Positions 12,053 to 47,669 of a stretch of DNA of 64,000 nucleotides are shown here, one piece after another; position 1 is the stretch's first letter; each line of letters begins with the position of its first letter. The notes below the pieces were generated by a model. That model saw only the letters and a list, made by a program, of their open reading frames with translations, had not been told where the DNA came from and did no database searches. Source of the DNA: Octopus sinensis (lineage: Eukaryota); contig NC_043020.1 in assembly GCF_006345805.1 (NCBI RefSeq), positions 28,086,001-28,150,000 on the forward strand, given 5' to 3'. The position numbers and the translations under genes are program-made.

Positions 12053-14095
12053 TTCTTTTCAGTTTGGGATGAAATAGTTGGCAGAAATTCAATGAGTCGG
12101 TGTAGCTTGTAGAACGTCCACACTAAAATAATAGTCCGTAAACTTAAGCTTTTTCACGCAATATTTCTGTCGAAGTACTTTGTCTTTGTTGAATTTAATT
12201 TTGAAAATAATAAAGAATTTAGTAAAACAACTTCATCGTTATTAAGCAGGTGTTTAGAACATTAATTAACTTGTAATTTCATAGGACGATCTTCGAAAAC
12301 AGGGCCAGTCTCAAACAGGTCGGTCTCTCATTTAAGCCCTGACTGTCACTCATTTCAAGATCGAAGTGATTTTACTTGGCGGATTTTCGTAATGGTTATC
12401 ACTATCACATGAAGAAGGAATAGAACAAGGAATTGGGTGGTTGTTTCCTTCTTTGAAATAATTTTTCTGTTCGAAATACTTTTTTTTAAAACTTTTTTTG
12501 CCTTCCAGTTCCGGGCCCTTTTCCGTGAAAATTTTATTATACCCATCTCACAAAATAAGTTTAATAGTAACAAAAATAAAATCTATTTTATTCATTTTGC
12601 TCATCGATCCTATTGTCCCCCTCCTTTTTTTTTCTTTTGCAACCTTGGTTAGAGGCACGAAACTGAGGAAGAACTAAAAAAAAAAAAAAAAGGAGAAATC
12701 CAGCTGAAAAGAATCAGAAAAGACGGTCCAGAGTCAAGATGAAATGAGCTGATTGGGCGCAGCTGTGTGGATACTGGCGATTTGGCATGGCTCACTGGAC
12801 TTTCGGCCTTTGTTTACTTCAAAGGCATACACATTCCTTTTGTTCACCTGATACACACATACAACTGTAGTGGATGCGTGGATGTATTAATAAATACATA
12901 AGTGCTTTGTAATAAATTAAAGATTTATTATCACTACATCAATTTGTAAGCAATGTTACACATCGCTTGTACAAAATGCATATTAAATAGTGGTTGCAAA
13001 TAATACATATTAAAGGAATGCATAATACATGATACACATTAAAGCAGAATATGTTTGATGGTGTGTGTGTGTGTAAATCATGCAGGACAGAGTCACCTTT
13101 CTGATTATTCTTTCGTCGTCCTCATAAATGCGTGACGTTCTCTTAAACGTTGGTTCGGGTTCTCTCTAGATACCTATTTCTCCGTTCTATTTATAACATC
13201 TCAAATAGCCAGAAAAATAGATATACCGCAAGAGTGTTATTGCGTACAGTAGGTCGCTGGTCGTCCTGTTAAACTTCGCCTGACCTGCTCGGGTCAGAGG
13301 TCGAAGGGAGACGATCCATCATCTTTTGTCAGAACAAAGAGATTCTGATTTCGCGCCTTTTTGTGCATTGGTATTTTACGACCAATGATTCTTGGGTCTG
13401 ATTTCGAATCCAAGCTTTGAGAAGGAAGTGCTAATTCTTACACAACCACTACAAGCGTCTGTGAAATGACCTCTTCATTGTAGGTTTCTAAATAAACAGA
13501 AATACCAAATAAAATCAACCTGTATCATCTTACTGCTTCTTTTGTCGCTTCATTGATTGTATGTTTTTATTATATTTCTTTTTTTTAATTTGTAATCTCT
13601 CTATATATAAAGCTGAAGTTGTCTGTGTATAGCAGGTTTGGTAGCCTTCAACTAACACTATCTCCTCCAAGACCCTGCGGCGCAAGTTGACCAAAATTGA
13701 GAGTATGATAGAAGAAGGCTTGCACTTCATTCCATAGAAGAAAAAATTCAAATTGGACCATGTTAACACCAAAAATTATTTACATCAAAAAGGTGCTTTT
13801 TTTTTTCTATGAAAATCCTTATTTTTTACGATTTTGACTGCTGTGTCTTCATTTTTCGGTGTATTTCAACCAGGAAAATGTTCACTTAAAGAGAATAACA
13901 AGCTACATAATGCAAAATTTTTATTTTTCAAAAATTCCAATTCTAAAGGGTCGAAACAAACCCGAGCAACGCCGGGCTACACTACTAGTATATGTATATA
14001 TAACAGAGCGGGGATGCTGTTGGGTTGACACCGGGTCGTGAACGTTCGTGTTTATTTTGTCTGTGGAGGAATTCTTTCTGAGTAAATATCGAATA
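12053..14095. promoter_or_regulatory. Divergent (bidirectional) promoter interval between TRMT11 and DHRS1
   Basis: Start codons 2.04 kb apart head-to-head; locally CpG-richer unique sequence at about 13100-13450. Transcription starts not determinable. Confidence 0.55.
13596..13988 (+). mobile_element. Non-autonomous Helitron-like element
   Basis: 5' A|TC...TATATATAAAG, 3' hairpin CCCGAGCAACGCCGGG, CTAG|T end. Confidence 0.75.
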
Positions 14096-15067
14096 ATGGC
14101 TAAACCTTTGTCTGGACTTGTCTGTCTTGTGACTGGAGCTACGAGAGGAATTGGAAAAGGCATTGCTCTCCAGCTGGGCGAAGCTGGTGCTACCGTTTAT
14201 GTGACTGGACGGACTTTGCGCAAAACTGAGAAAAGCCTTGGGTCCCTGGAGGAAACGGTGGAAGAGATCAACGGACGGGGTGGACGCGGCGTGGCCGTGC
14301 AGGTTGACCACACCAAGGACAATGAAATCGAACGACTGTTTGAGAAGATAAAGGCCGAACAGAACGGACAGCTGGATCTGTTGGTGAACAATGCGTATTC
14401 GGGTGTTAATTCTTTGATCGATGTGGCCACCAAACCGTTCTGGGAACAACCGATCAGTATCTGGGACGACATCAATATCGTTGGATTACGTAACCATTAC
14501 ATCTGTTCGGTCCACGCTGCTAGAATGATGGTCCCTCGCAAATCCGGGCTCATCGTCATTGTTTCTTCGGGTGGTGGACTGGTCTATACATTCAATGCTG
14601 CCTATGGAATTGGCAAAGAAGCTTGCGACAGAATGGCCGCTGATTTGGCCCACGAACTTAAGAAACACGGCGTGGCTTGCGTCAGTTTGTGGCCAGGCTA
14701 TGTCCAAACCGAAACTCTGATGAGCTTATACTCCTCAGCGGACACGTCGGATATACCCGAGGGGTACGATCAAATCAAAGAAGGGTTACCCAACGGAGAA
14801 AGCACCGAATTCAGCGGGAAATGTATTGTTAAAATTATGTGTGACAAAGCGAACCTGATGAAGAAATCTGGGCGTATATTGCCGACGGGTGACCTGGCAG
14901 ATGAGTATAGCCTTGTAGATATTGATGGCAGGAAGCCGGCGTGCATGCGATCGCTGAAATTCCTTGCCACTCACTTCTTACGCATTTCCAGAAGTAAAGC
15001 CGACTGGATTCCAGGTTTTTTGAAAATTCCTTCATGGTTGGTCTATATGATGGGGTACAAGTTTTAA
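14096..15067 (+). CDS. DHRS1: Dehydrogenase/reductase SDR family member 1-like, intronless, 323 aa
   Basis: Single ORF from ATG 14096 (MAKPLSGLVCLVTGATRGIGKGIALQLGEAGATVYVTGRT): TGxxxGxG, LLVNNAY, catalytic S and YGIGK (YxxxK), DHRS1-type GLRNHYICSV and VSLWPG. Confidence 0.93.
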   Translation: MAKPLSGLVCLVTGATRGIGKGIALQLGEAGATVYVTGRTLRKTEKSLGSLEETVEEINGRGGRGVAVQVDHTKDNEIERLFEKIKAEQNGQLDLLVNNAYSGVNSLIDVATKPFWEQPISIWDDINIVGLRNHYICSVHAARMMVPRKSGLIVIVSSGGGLVYTFNAAYGIGKEACDRMAADLAHELKKHGVACVSLWPGYVQTETLMSLYSSADTSDIPEGYDQIKEGLPNGESTEFSGKCIVKIMCDKANLMKKSGRILPTGDLADEYSLVDIDGRKPACMRSLKFLATHFLRISRSKADWIPGFLKIPSWLVYMMGYKF

Positions 15068-17369
15068 CCTATTTAAATATAGAGATATTTACGTTGATAT
15101 CTAATTCTATAAATTGTTCACATATATTATTTCTTCAGATTAATTGTTTTAAAATTATGTTATTAATTCGATGTTCACTTTTATTATAAATGAGAAGTTT
15201 GTGGCATCACTACAGATGCGTGTCCCCGACTTTGTTTCTTTATAACTTTTTGGAAAAAAAGCGTATTTCTGAATGAAATTTTCCAGATCTACGTTTAAAA
15301 TTATGAAGATCAGTGGCTCTCGATAATTATTTTGCCTATAGACACCCCTCTACACACTGGATTCCTATTTTGCACAGATGGAACTTCATAGCCATTCAAT
15401 ATTTTTTAAAATCCTATTTTTGTATGTTAGAAGTGTTAGTATGCAGTTTATTACTCGTAAACTTTGATAACAAAATCTTATATGTACCCCGAAGGGTACA
15501 TATAAGATTTACATTAAGGGTACATACAAGGGTCCCGTTTGAGAACCACAGCTGTTTAAGGTTATATTGGAATTTGTTGTGGGAAAGTTTTTTTCGGCGT
15601 AGGGTGTTGTGTGCAAGGGTTTATAATCACACACCTCCACGTTGTGTCTTCATAACTTTCTGAAAATTGAATATTTTTTAATGACATTTTCTACAAATAT
15701 CTTTCAGATGGTGTAGATGGCTGTTGTCTCTGAATGTAATATAAGAAAAAGAAAAAAAACTGGGTGTTGGGCAATTAATTCACACATTTCGACTTTGTTT
15801 CTTTAAACATTTTGACCAGGCGTTGTGAATTATCCACCCACCCATTATTTTTTTTTTTTTCTTTTCAATTCTGACATAATCCTAAGCTACACCAGCTGAA
15901 ATATATTTTAAAACTTTTATCGAACAAATATCCATTTTTGCAGAAGAAACAAAGTCAGTGGGGGCGGAGGTACACATTTGTAGTTATACCCTGTAAGGGA
16001 ACCAGGGACCAAATTCTACATCTATCAAGTTTTTCGTTTTCATCTTGACCCTGGTTGAAAACCACTGACCGAGAGGGTTCATCGTTGTCCTAAGATGAGT
16101 GCTGTTGTTGTTAGTGGTTACGGTTGTATAAAACCAGGTCAAGATGACCTTTGGGGATGTCCGTGTAGGATTTTGTTGTTAAAATCTATTTGCAATGAAT
16201 TGGTTATGAGGACCACTTCAGTCATGAACAACCATGGGATTGCACCTGGAAAGCTTCCTTTCAAAGTACAAATCCACGCAAATTTGTTTATGGAAAGCCA
16301 TGCCGCCTGACTGGCCCCATGCCCATGGCATGTAAAAAGCACCAAGCGTGGACGATGCCAGTACCGCCTGACTGGCCCTTGTGCCAATGGCACGTAAAAA
16401 GCACCCACTACACTCAGAGTGGTTGGCGTTAGGAAGAGCATCCAGCTGTAGAAATATTGCCAGATCAGATTGGAGCCTGGTGCAGCCTTCTGGCTTGCCA
16501 GACCTCAGTCAAACTGTCCAACCCATGCCAGCATGGAAAGCAAACGTTAAATTAAGTACCAGTTACATACTGCGGTCTGTTATTGTTGTTATTATTGATT
16601 AGCCTTTGTCAGTCTTGACTGAGCAGACTTCTGTGATGAAAGATAGTTCAGTAATGATTTGGTTGCTATTTCTAGCAGATTGAGTGACTACATAAAGGAT
16701 TGGTTATTGGCTGGGCCGAGTCTGTTGCTCATTGTTATTGTGTTGCTGCAGTTCAGCTCTGATCCAACTAACTTACAATTGAAATTATTCCATATATGAC
16801 CATCTCATCTTTTTTTATTCAGATGTGTCCTTAAATGCAAAAAGAAAGCAAAATGGTATCTTTTACTTGTTTCTGTCATTGGACTGTGGCCATGCTGGGG
16901 TACTATCTTGAAGGCTTTAGTCATAACAAATCAAACTCAATTTTATTGCTCTCTTTTGCTGAACTGTTAAGTTACAGGGCATAAACCAGTACCAGTTTTC
17001 AAGTGATGGTTAAACACACACACACATACATGTGTGTGTGTGTATTTACAGTGAGTTTCTGTCTACCAAATCCACTGACAAGGCTTTGGTCAGTCTTGGG
17101 GCTATAGGCTCTCTCTTAAATAAAAATCTCCTACCAGCAGATCTTTGCTTAAAAGAGAGAGGAGATGGTCACATTTGGAATGTGGGATGCTCTTGGTGGA
17201 AATGTCTTAAAAAAAAAAAATTAATTATAGGAGCAAGAGTGGCTGTGTGGTAAGAAGTTTGCTTCCCAACCACATGGTTCTGGGTTCAGTCCCACTGCGT
17301 AGCCTTGGGCCAACCAAAGCCTTGTGAGTGGATTTGGTAGACAGAAAACTGGAAGAAACCTGTTGTGTG

Positions 17370-17400
<31 letters not shown>

Positions 17401-17989
17401 ATATAGATAGATAGATATATGTATGTGTGTATGTATCTGTGTCTGTCCCTCCACCATTGCTTGACAACCAATGTTGGTGTGCTACATCCCTGTAACTTAG
17501 CAGTTCAGCAAAAGAGACTGATAGAATAAGTACTAGGCTTACAAAGAATAAGTCCTGGGGTTGATTTGTTCAACTAAAGGCTGTGCTCCAGCATGGCCAC
17601 AATCAAATGAAATAAAACAAAATAATGTTGGTCACAGTTGGAAAGCTTTTTTTAAAAGGCAAGATGGTCACGGTTGGAATACCTTTAGAGAAAGACATGT
17701 TTTTGTACTTCTTTTCAAGTTTATTAATGCATGTCAAAGGAACCTGTACCAGATACATTATTTCTCATTACCTGTGTATCTAAAATGCCTGATCTCACAT
17801 TAAGATTTATGCTTCCTCACACTTCTCTGGTCTATTTGTATATACAGATGTAAAAAAAAACAAAAAACTGTAAACCTCCATAAACAATTAATATCTTCTC
17901 GTAAAATATATCAATTAATGTCTGGATAGGAAATAAAATGTAATTATCAAGGAATTTGCTAGTTTTATTTATTTGATGACATTCAACAA

Positions 17990-18312
17990 TCATGCTGTTA
18001 TCCCCTTCAGACTATCATCTCTTCGGCCCCATGAAAGAGGATTTGAGAGGCAAACATTATTCCAGTGACGAGGAAGTGAAAACTGTAGTGAAGAAGTGGC
18101 TCAAAGAACAATCAACAGAATTTTACAGGGCAGTGATTCATGCTCTCATTCAAAGGCGGAACATTGCTATTGAGAGAAACGGTGACTATGTTGAGAAGTA
18201 GGGATGTGATCCTCAGAGGACCAGCTTCATTTTGATGTATGATACATGTTCCTGTGTTGGTAATTATACCTGTCCTAAACAAAATGGCATTACTTTTTGA
18301 CTCACCCTCATA
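17990..18312 (+). mobile_element. Mariner transposon 3' remnant with TIR
   Basis: LSPSDYHLFGPMK..LRGKHY..DEEVK...W...NGDYVEK; terminal GGCATTACTTTTTGACTCACCCTCATA. Confidence 0.85.
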
Positions 18313-19500
18313 TATATATATATATATATAACAATTGCAGCGTGGAAGGTGTTTAGAAGCCATTTAAGAAACACACAAAACCTGTTAGATTCACTTCAAC
18401 ATTTAAATTTAATTTGCCAAAATATTTTTAGAGTTTTGAGACCGCAACCTGTTCACTGACAAAATTCCATGCTGCATCTGAGAAAGTAACAGCCAGTTCA
18501 TGATATATATGTATGTGTCTGTGTATGTATGTATATATGTATGTGTGTATGCATATGTGTACATACATGTGCATGCCTATATGCACAAGTAGAAGTTGTG
18601 AATCCAACCAACTAAGGGATAATATCTATCCAATACACTGCTGGCAGAATACCCAATTATTAATATACAAGTGTTTTTTATTGCATTGCAATTACATTAC
18701 TGAGTGTAATAAATGGGTGAAGGTAAAGAGATATTTTACCATTAATTTATGGAGCAATAAGAAAATGGAGGAGATCAATTGGTGGTATTCATCAACTTTT
18801 AGACATATTATGTCAATTTATTTATTTACTGAAAGAACAATTATAACAATATACATACATGTATAACATGTTATGCTTTACATATATAATATATATAATA
18901 TAAAAATATCAGTAATTATCAAAATATATATAACATAGAGCAATAGAAAATGGCATAATATCTTACAGCTGTTTCAGGCAAGAGGCAAAGATGCCTCATT
19001 TTACCTTTATCCTTCCAGTGGACTGAAGTAATTAGTAGATGAAATTGAGGTAATTGGATGTTTCTCTAGGCTTCATCAGAGATTTTAGAAAGTACATAAG
19101 GTTAAGTTATAAATATAAATATACACACATATATACATACTTTTACATATACATAAATATACATAAATGCATATACCTACACTTAAATGTACAATGGACG
19201 TTAAATGATGATGATGATGATTCGGAATCTCCGTCATTGAAAACATTTAAAGATCAGAGGGTGGGGCAGTGTGTGATATTGTCTCCTTGCCTCGACATAG
19301 TAAAATAGTCGTAAACGAGTGTAACCACCCTGCAAGTGGTGTCCTTTGTCTCCAGTCTTTCATGTCTGGCCATGGGAGAAATGATTACGTTGCCTGGCAA
19401 CAGACATGGGTTAGCAACAGGAAGGGTCTCCTGCCATATAAAAAAAAAAATCCATCTTATGTAAACTCTGTCCTCCCCTACAAACATGGAAAAGTTAGCA

Positions 19501-42384
<22,884 letters not shown>

Positions 42385-42599
42385 TTTGTTTTTTTAATAT
42401 CCCTTATGGTAAATCGTCCCCTAAATTGAGGTGTCATGTAAGAAACGCTCCTTACTCTCCTTTCAATATCGGTCGTAATTGTAGTTATTAGCTGTAGCTG
42501 CGGTGGTTCTGATGTAGTAGACATCTCCACGCATTTCTCTTTCCTTTTCCACTTATTAAACAAGCTAAAGGCGCCTGGCTTTGCAGTTAGAGGTGTTCA

Positions 42600-42965
42600 G
42601 CAAGCTAGCAGAATCGTTAGCACGCCGGACAAAATGCGTAGCTGTAATTCGTCTGCCGTAACATTCTGAGTTCAAATTCTGCCGAGGTCGACTTTGCTTT
42701 TCATCCTTTCGGGGTCGATAAATTAAGCACTGTGTCTGTCCTTGTTTGTCCTCTCTGTGTTTAGCCCCTTGTGGGCAGTAAAGAAATAGGTATTTCGTTT
42801 GCTGTTACGTTCTGAATTCAAATTCCGCCGAGGTCGACTTTGCTTTTCATCCTTTCGGGGTCGATAAATTAAGCACTGGGGTCGATATAATCGACTTAAT
42901 CCATGTGTCTGTCCTTGTTTGTCCTCTCTGTGTTTAGCCCCTTGAGGGCAGTAAAGAAATAGGTG
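42600..42965 (+). mobile_element. Family A SINE dimer
   Basis: Two tandem cores. Confidence 0.85.
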
Positions 42966-43892
42966 TTCAGCTCAGAATCCCACCAACATTCAGTTCTCAG
43001 CAGTGTATCGTGTCTCTTGAGCAAGACACTTTATTTCACGTTGCTCCAGATGTACCAGTAATTCAAAGGGGGCCAACCTTGTCGCATTCTGTGTCATGCT
43101 GAATCTCCCCGAGAACTACATTAATGTTATGCATGTCTGTGGAGTACTCAACCACCTGTACATTAATTTTACAAACAGACAGGAACCCACATCGGAATGT
43201 CAGTGAAGACGGTAGAATCCACTTTGAAGATTTCGCTACTGTTTCTAGCAGGTCGAACTACTGCTTGGCGGTTGTTTCCTTAGTCAGGCTGTTGTTGTTG
43301 CTGTTGCTGTTGTTGTTGTTGTTGTTATTGTTCCTTTCCATTTTTCTTTTTCTTTTTTTTGCTTTATTCTTGTTTTTGTTTTTTCCTCAAATACTCTTGA
43401 ATTTCCTTAGATTCTCCCTTCAAACAGAGATAAAGAAGTTACTACTACTACTACTACCACCACCACCACCACCACCACTACTACACTACTACCACCACCA
43501 CTAACTACTACTACTGCTGCTGCTGCTGCTACTACCTTCACGCCTCCACACCTGTCACCACTGCTGCAGCTTTTGTTTGTCAAGGAGTGTCATGTGTGGT
43601 ACACATATTTTGTTGTCAGCAGGTTGGAATGGTGGTGGTGGCGTTGGTGGTAGTGGTTGCGCTGGTGGTGATGATGGTGGTGGTGGTGGTTGCGGCGGTG
43701 GTATTGTGTGATTAGGCAAGAGAGAGAATGTGTGGTGGGATGTTTTTATTTACAGATCCTTTACACAAGTTTATTTATTCATTTTTCCCTTTCTCTCTCT
43801 TTATAATTCCTAGTAAAAACACCATTGAAAGATATATATAAAAAAAAAAGAAATGAAAGAAAAAAAAAGGAGAGAAAAGTGAATGTGTAGGG

Positions 43893-44111
43893 CAGTGCTT
43901 TTCAAACTTTTTGCTGGAGCGGAACCCCAAGGAAACATTCCACTGGCTCGAGGAACCCCGGTGCAATAATTTAATAGTCTTATGCACACATAGCTGCACA
44001 GGAGAATTAAAAATTACCGCCGATTTTAGCAGTTTTGTAACTTCTTGCGGAACCCCTGGACTGTACTGGCGGAACCCTAAGGTTCCGCGGAACCCTGGTT
44101 GAAAACCACTG
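43893..44111. mobile_element. hAT/Charlie-like MITE
   Basis: TIRs CAGTGCTTTTCAA / TTGAAAACCACTG; similar element at about 60341-60686. Confidence 0.72.
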
Positions 44112-44257
44112 AAGTAAGGCATAGGAAGGTGGAGGGGGAAGTACGCATCGTACTAGCCGCATCTCTGTGGTTGGGACCCGCAAGCTCAAGTTGAGACAGA
44201 AAGCTAATCACATCAAGGCCCCTTCTGATTATGTACATGTATGTGTGTATGTGCATA

Positions 44258-44868
44258 TGAGAGAGAGAAAGAAAAAAGGGACAGAGAGAGAAAGAAAGAA
44301 AAAAAGGGAGAGAAAGAAAGAAAAAGAGGGAGAGAGAAAGAGAGAAAGAAAAAGAGGAAGAGAGAAAGAAAGAGAAAAAGAAAAAAAGGGACAGAGAGAG
44401 AAAGAGAGAAAGAAAAAGGGAGAGAGAGAGAAAGATAGAAAGAAAAAGAGGGAGAGAGAGAGAAAGAAAGAGATAGAGAAGAGAGAAAGAAAAAGAGGAA
44501 GAGAGAAAGAAAGAGAAAAAGAAAAAAGGGACAGAGAGAGAAAGAGAGAAAGAAAAAGGGAGAGAGAGAGAAAGATAGAAAGAAAAAGAGGGAGAGAGAG
44601 AGAAAGAAAGAGATAGAGAAAGAGAGAAAGAAAAAGAGGGAGAGAGAAAGAAAAAGAGGGAGAGAGAGAAAGAGAGAAAGAAAAAGGGAGAGAGAGAGAG
44701 AAAGATAGAAAGAAAAAGAGGGAGAGAGAGAGAAAGAAAGAGAGAAAGAAAAAGAGGGAGAGAGAGAAAGAGAGAAAGAAAAAGAGAGAGAAAGAAAAAG
44801 AGAAAGAGAGAAAGAAAAAGAGAAAGAGAGAGACAGAGAGACAGAGAGAGAGCAAACTGAGAGAGAGG
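44258..44868. repeat. Polypurine GA-rich compound repeat
   Basis: Directly visible. Confidence 0.95.
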
Positions 44869-45630
44869 GGTTTGTGTTGAGCATACCCTACAGTAGAGTC
44901 TTTAGCTTTCTTCTTGATCTTCTGATTGTTGTGTTGTAATAAATATGCTGAAAGGCGTGGGAAGGAGTGGAGCATATTGTAAGACATGTGAACTGGGAGA
45001 GAAAAACTGGGGCAATCATTGTAAATTCAATTTCAGATCATTTCTAAGAATCATTGGACCAAGAAATGAAAAAAACCAACCGTCCATAAACTTCCTGTCA
45101 GTTTTGTTATTTTTATCTTTATTCTTTTTGAATTTTTTTTTGTTTGTCTCTGTTGCATACATGGCGGCACCCATCCAGGTGACAAGGATTGGAAACCCCG
45201 AAGCCCCTTTCGGTTATAATGCATTAAAGTATTACTCTACAGTTGTATTGAATCCTATAATTTATCACTTCTGGTGACTCAACAGAGATTTATAAACACC
45301 ATCATCATCATCATCATCATTTAGGGTTCATTTTCCATGCTGGCATATGGGTCGGACAGTTTGACCGGGGCTGGCAAAACCAGAAAGTTGTACTGGGTTC
45401 CAGTCTGGTTTGGCCTCGTTTCTACGGCTGGATGCCCTTCCTAATGCCAACCAGAGTGTGGTGGGTCCTTTTTACATAGCACCAGCTCAGGGCTCATGCA
45501 GACCAATCCTTTTCACTGTTGCAGAGGATGGCTCTTCTTGAGTACAACAATGCCCCAGGTATCTCCGTTCTGTGTCATCTTTATATATATGTATATATAC
45601 ACACACACATATATATATATACATATACAT

Positions 45631-45714
<84 letters not shown>

Positions 45715-47380
45715 CTATATAATATACATATATATATATTGGAACTAAACTCTGCTTGCAAAGACCTGTTGAAGCAAGTGAAATCAAATCAAATTTGAAG
45801 ACTGGCATCCGTCTAGTGGAGCACTAAGAGCACCATCCGAGCGGGATCATTGCCAGAGCAGCTGACTGGCTTCCGTGCTGGTGGCATGTAAAAAGCACCA
45901 TTCGAGCATGACCGTCACCAGCGTTGCCTTACTGGCACTTGTGTCGGTGGCATGTAAAAAGCACCATTCGAGCAAGGTTGTTGCCAGTGCCGCCGAATTT
46001 GCTCCTGTACAGGTGGCACATAAAAGTTCTGCCTGACTGGTCCTTGTGCCAGTGGCGCATAAAAGCACCCACTACACTCTTGGAGTGGTTGGCATTAGGA
46101 AGGGCATCCAGCTGTAGAAAATCTGCCAAATCAGACTGGAGCCTGGCGCAGCCATCTGGTTCACCAGTCCTCAGTCAAAATCGTCCAACCCATGCTAGCA
46201 TGGAAAGCAGACTTTAAACGATGATGATGATGATGATGATATATATATATATAGGAACACTCCGTCGGTTGCGACGATGAGGGTCCCAGCTGATACGATC
46301 AATGGAACAGCTTGCTCGTGATATTAATGTGCAAGTGGCTGAGCACTCCACAGACACGTGTACCCTTTACGTAGTTCTCAAGGAGATTCAGCGTGACACA
46401 CAGAATGTGACAAGGCTGGCCCTTTGAAATACAGGTACAAGAGAACACAGGAGAAGAGCGAGAGAAAGTTGTGGTGAAAGAGTACAACAGGGTTCACCAC
46501 CACCCCCTGCCAGAGCCTCGTGAGCTTTAGGTGTTTTCGCTCAATAAACACTCACAATGCCCGGTCTGGGAATCGAAACCGCAATCCTCCGACCACGAGT
46601 CCATTGCCCTAACCACTGGACCATTGTGCCTCCACATATATATATGTATATATATGTGTGTGTGTATATATATATATATAGTTGTTGCATGCCAACGAAG
46701 CATACACACACACACATTTACACATTTACATGGCAAATAAAATGTTTAGTTGTTGCAGAAAATGATAGTGATGGTGGTGGTGATGGTTGCAGTGGCGGTG
46801 ATGGTGGTGGTGGTTGAATGGGTGGTGGTGGTGGTGTGTTGGTAGACGGTGGTGTTGATGGCATTGCTGGTTCTGGTGGTGACGCATCAGAAGAGATATA
46901 TGTCTGTCCTGCTCTCATGTGGATCCCTTCACCTTTCTCCACATACCTGGGAATTTGATACCTTGCAGGATATCCTACCTGAAGAATCATCAACTTAGGT
47001 TTTCCCACCTGAAAATTCCTGTCATCCAGGTAAGGTCACATTGCAATTCTTCAGGTAATATTCCTTTTTCTTTGGTTTTCTCTTTCTTCTCATGTTATAT
47101 TTATCTATTTTCAGTCACTGGACCGCTGCCATGCTGGAGCACTGCCCTGAAAAGTTTTGTAAAACAATTTAGTTCTAGTACTTATCTTAAAGTCTGCTAC
47201 TTACTCTAATAAACCATAAGTTTTAAGTACAAACCAATTTAATTCAATCAATTAATATATTTAATGTTTTGTTCCAGTATCTTCTGCCATCTTGTAGATC
47301 CATTATTCCTTGCTCAAAGAATTTCTTGTCTTCTCAGCAAAAAACTCCTCCAGGTAAATTTTTACACTTTACTGAGCATG

Positions 47381-47592
47381 TTCTGTTGTGTCTGGGGAGA
47401 GTCATTTTCTTTTTGTGCTTTATAATGTAACTCACTCACCGGCAAAATTTCAATTGTCAAGACTATTGAAAAGGTTGCAAAACGCAATGAAAATTTTAGG
47501 AAAATGAAAATAAGAAATAAGTGGAAATTTTACCGGTGAGCGTGTACCTTATAAGGCACAAAAAGAAAATTACTCTCCCCAGACACACAGAA
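47381..47592. mobile_element. Long-TIR MITE, same family as 35351-35543
   Basis: About 70 bp imperfect inverted arms. Confidence 0.78.
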
Positions 47593-47631
47593 TAAAGAGA
47601 ATATATATTATATATATAATAATATATATAT

Positions 47632-47669
<38 letters not shown>

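Noticed and set aside
14048-14095. GTG start for the SDR ORF given by the ORF track
   Set aside because: Eukaryotic context; ATG 14096 gives the expected SDR N-terminus.
14097-14974. Antisense ORFs over DHRS1
   Set aside because: Shadow frames of a GC-richer coding region.
46718-47008. Pro-rich minus-strand ORF and nearby splice-like signals on both strands
   Set aside because: Pro run comes from a GGT microsatellite; no consistent exon chain or recognisable domain. Cannot be fully excluded without RNA data.
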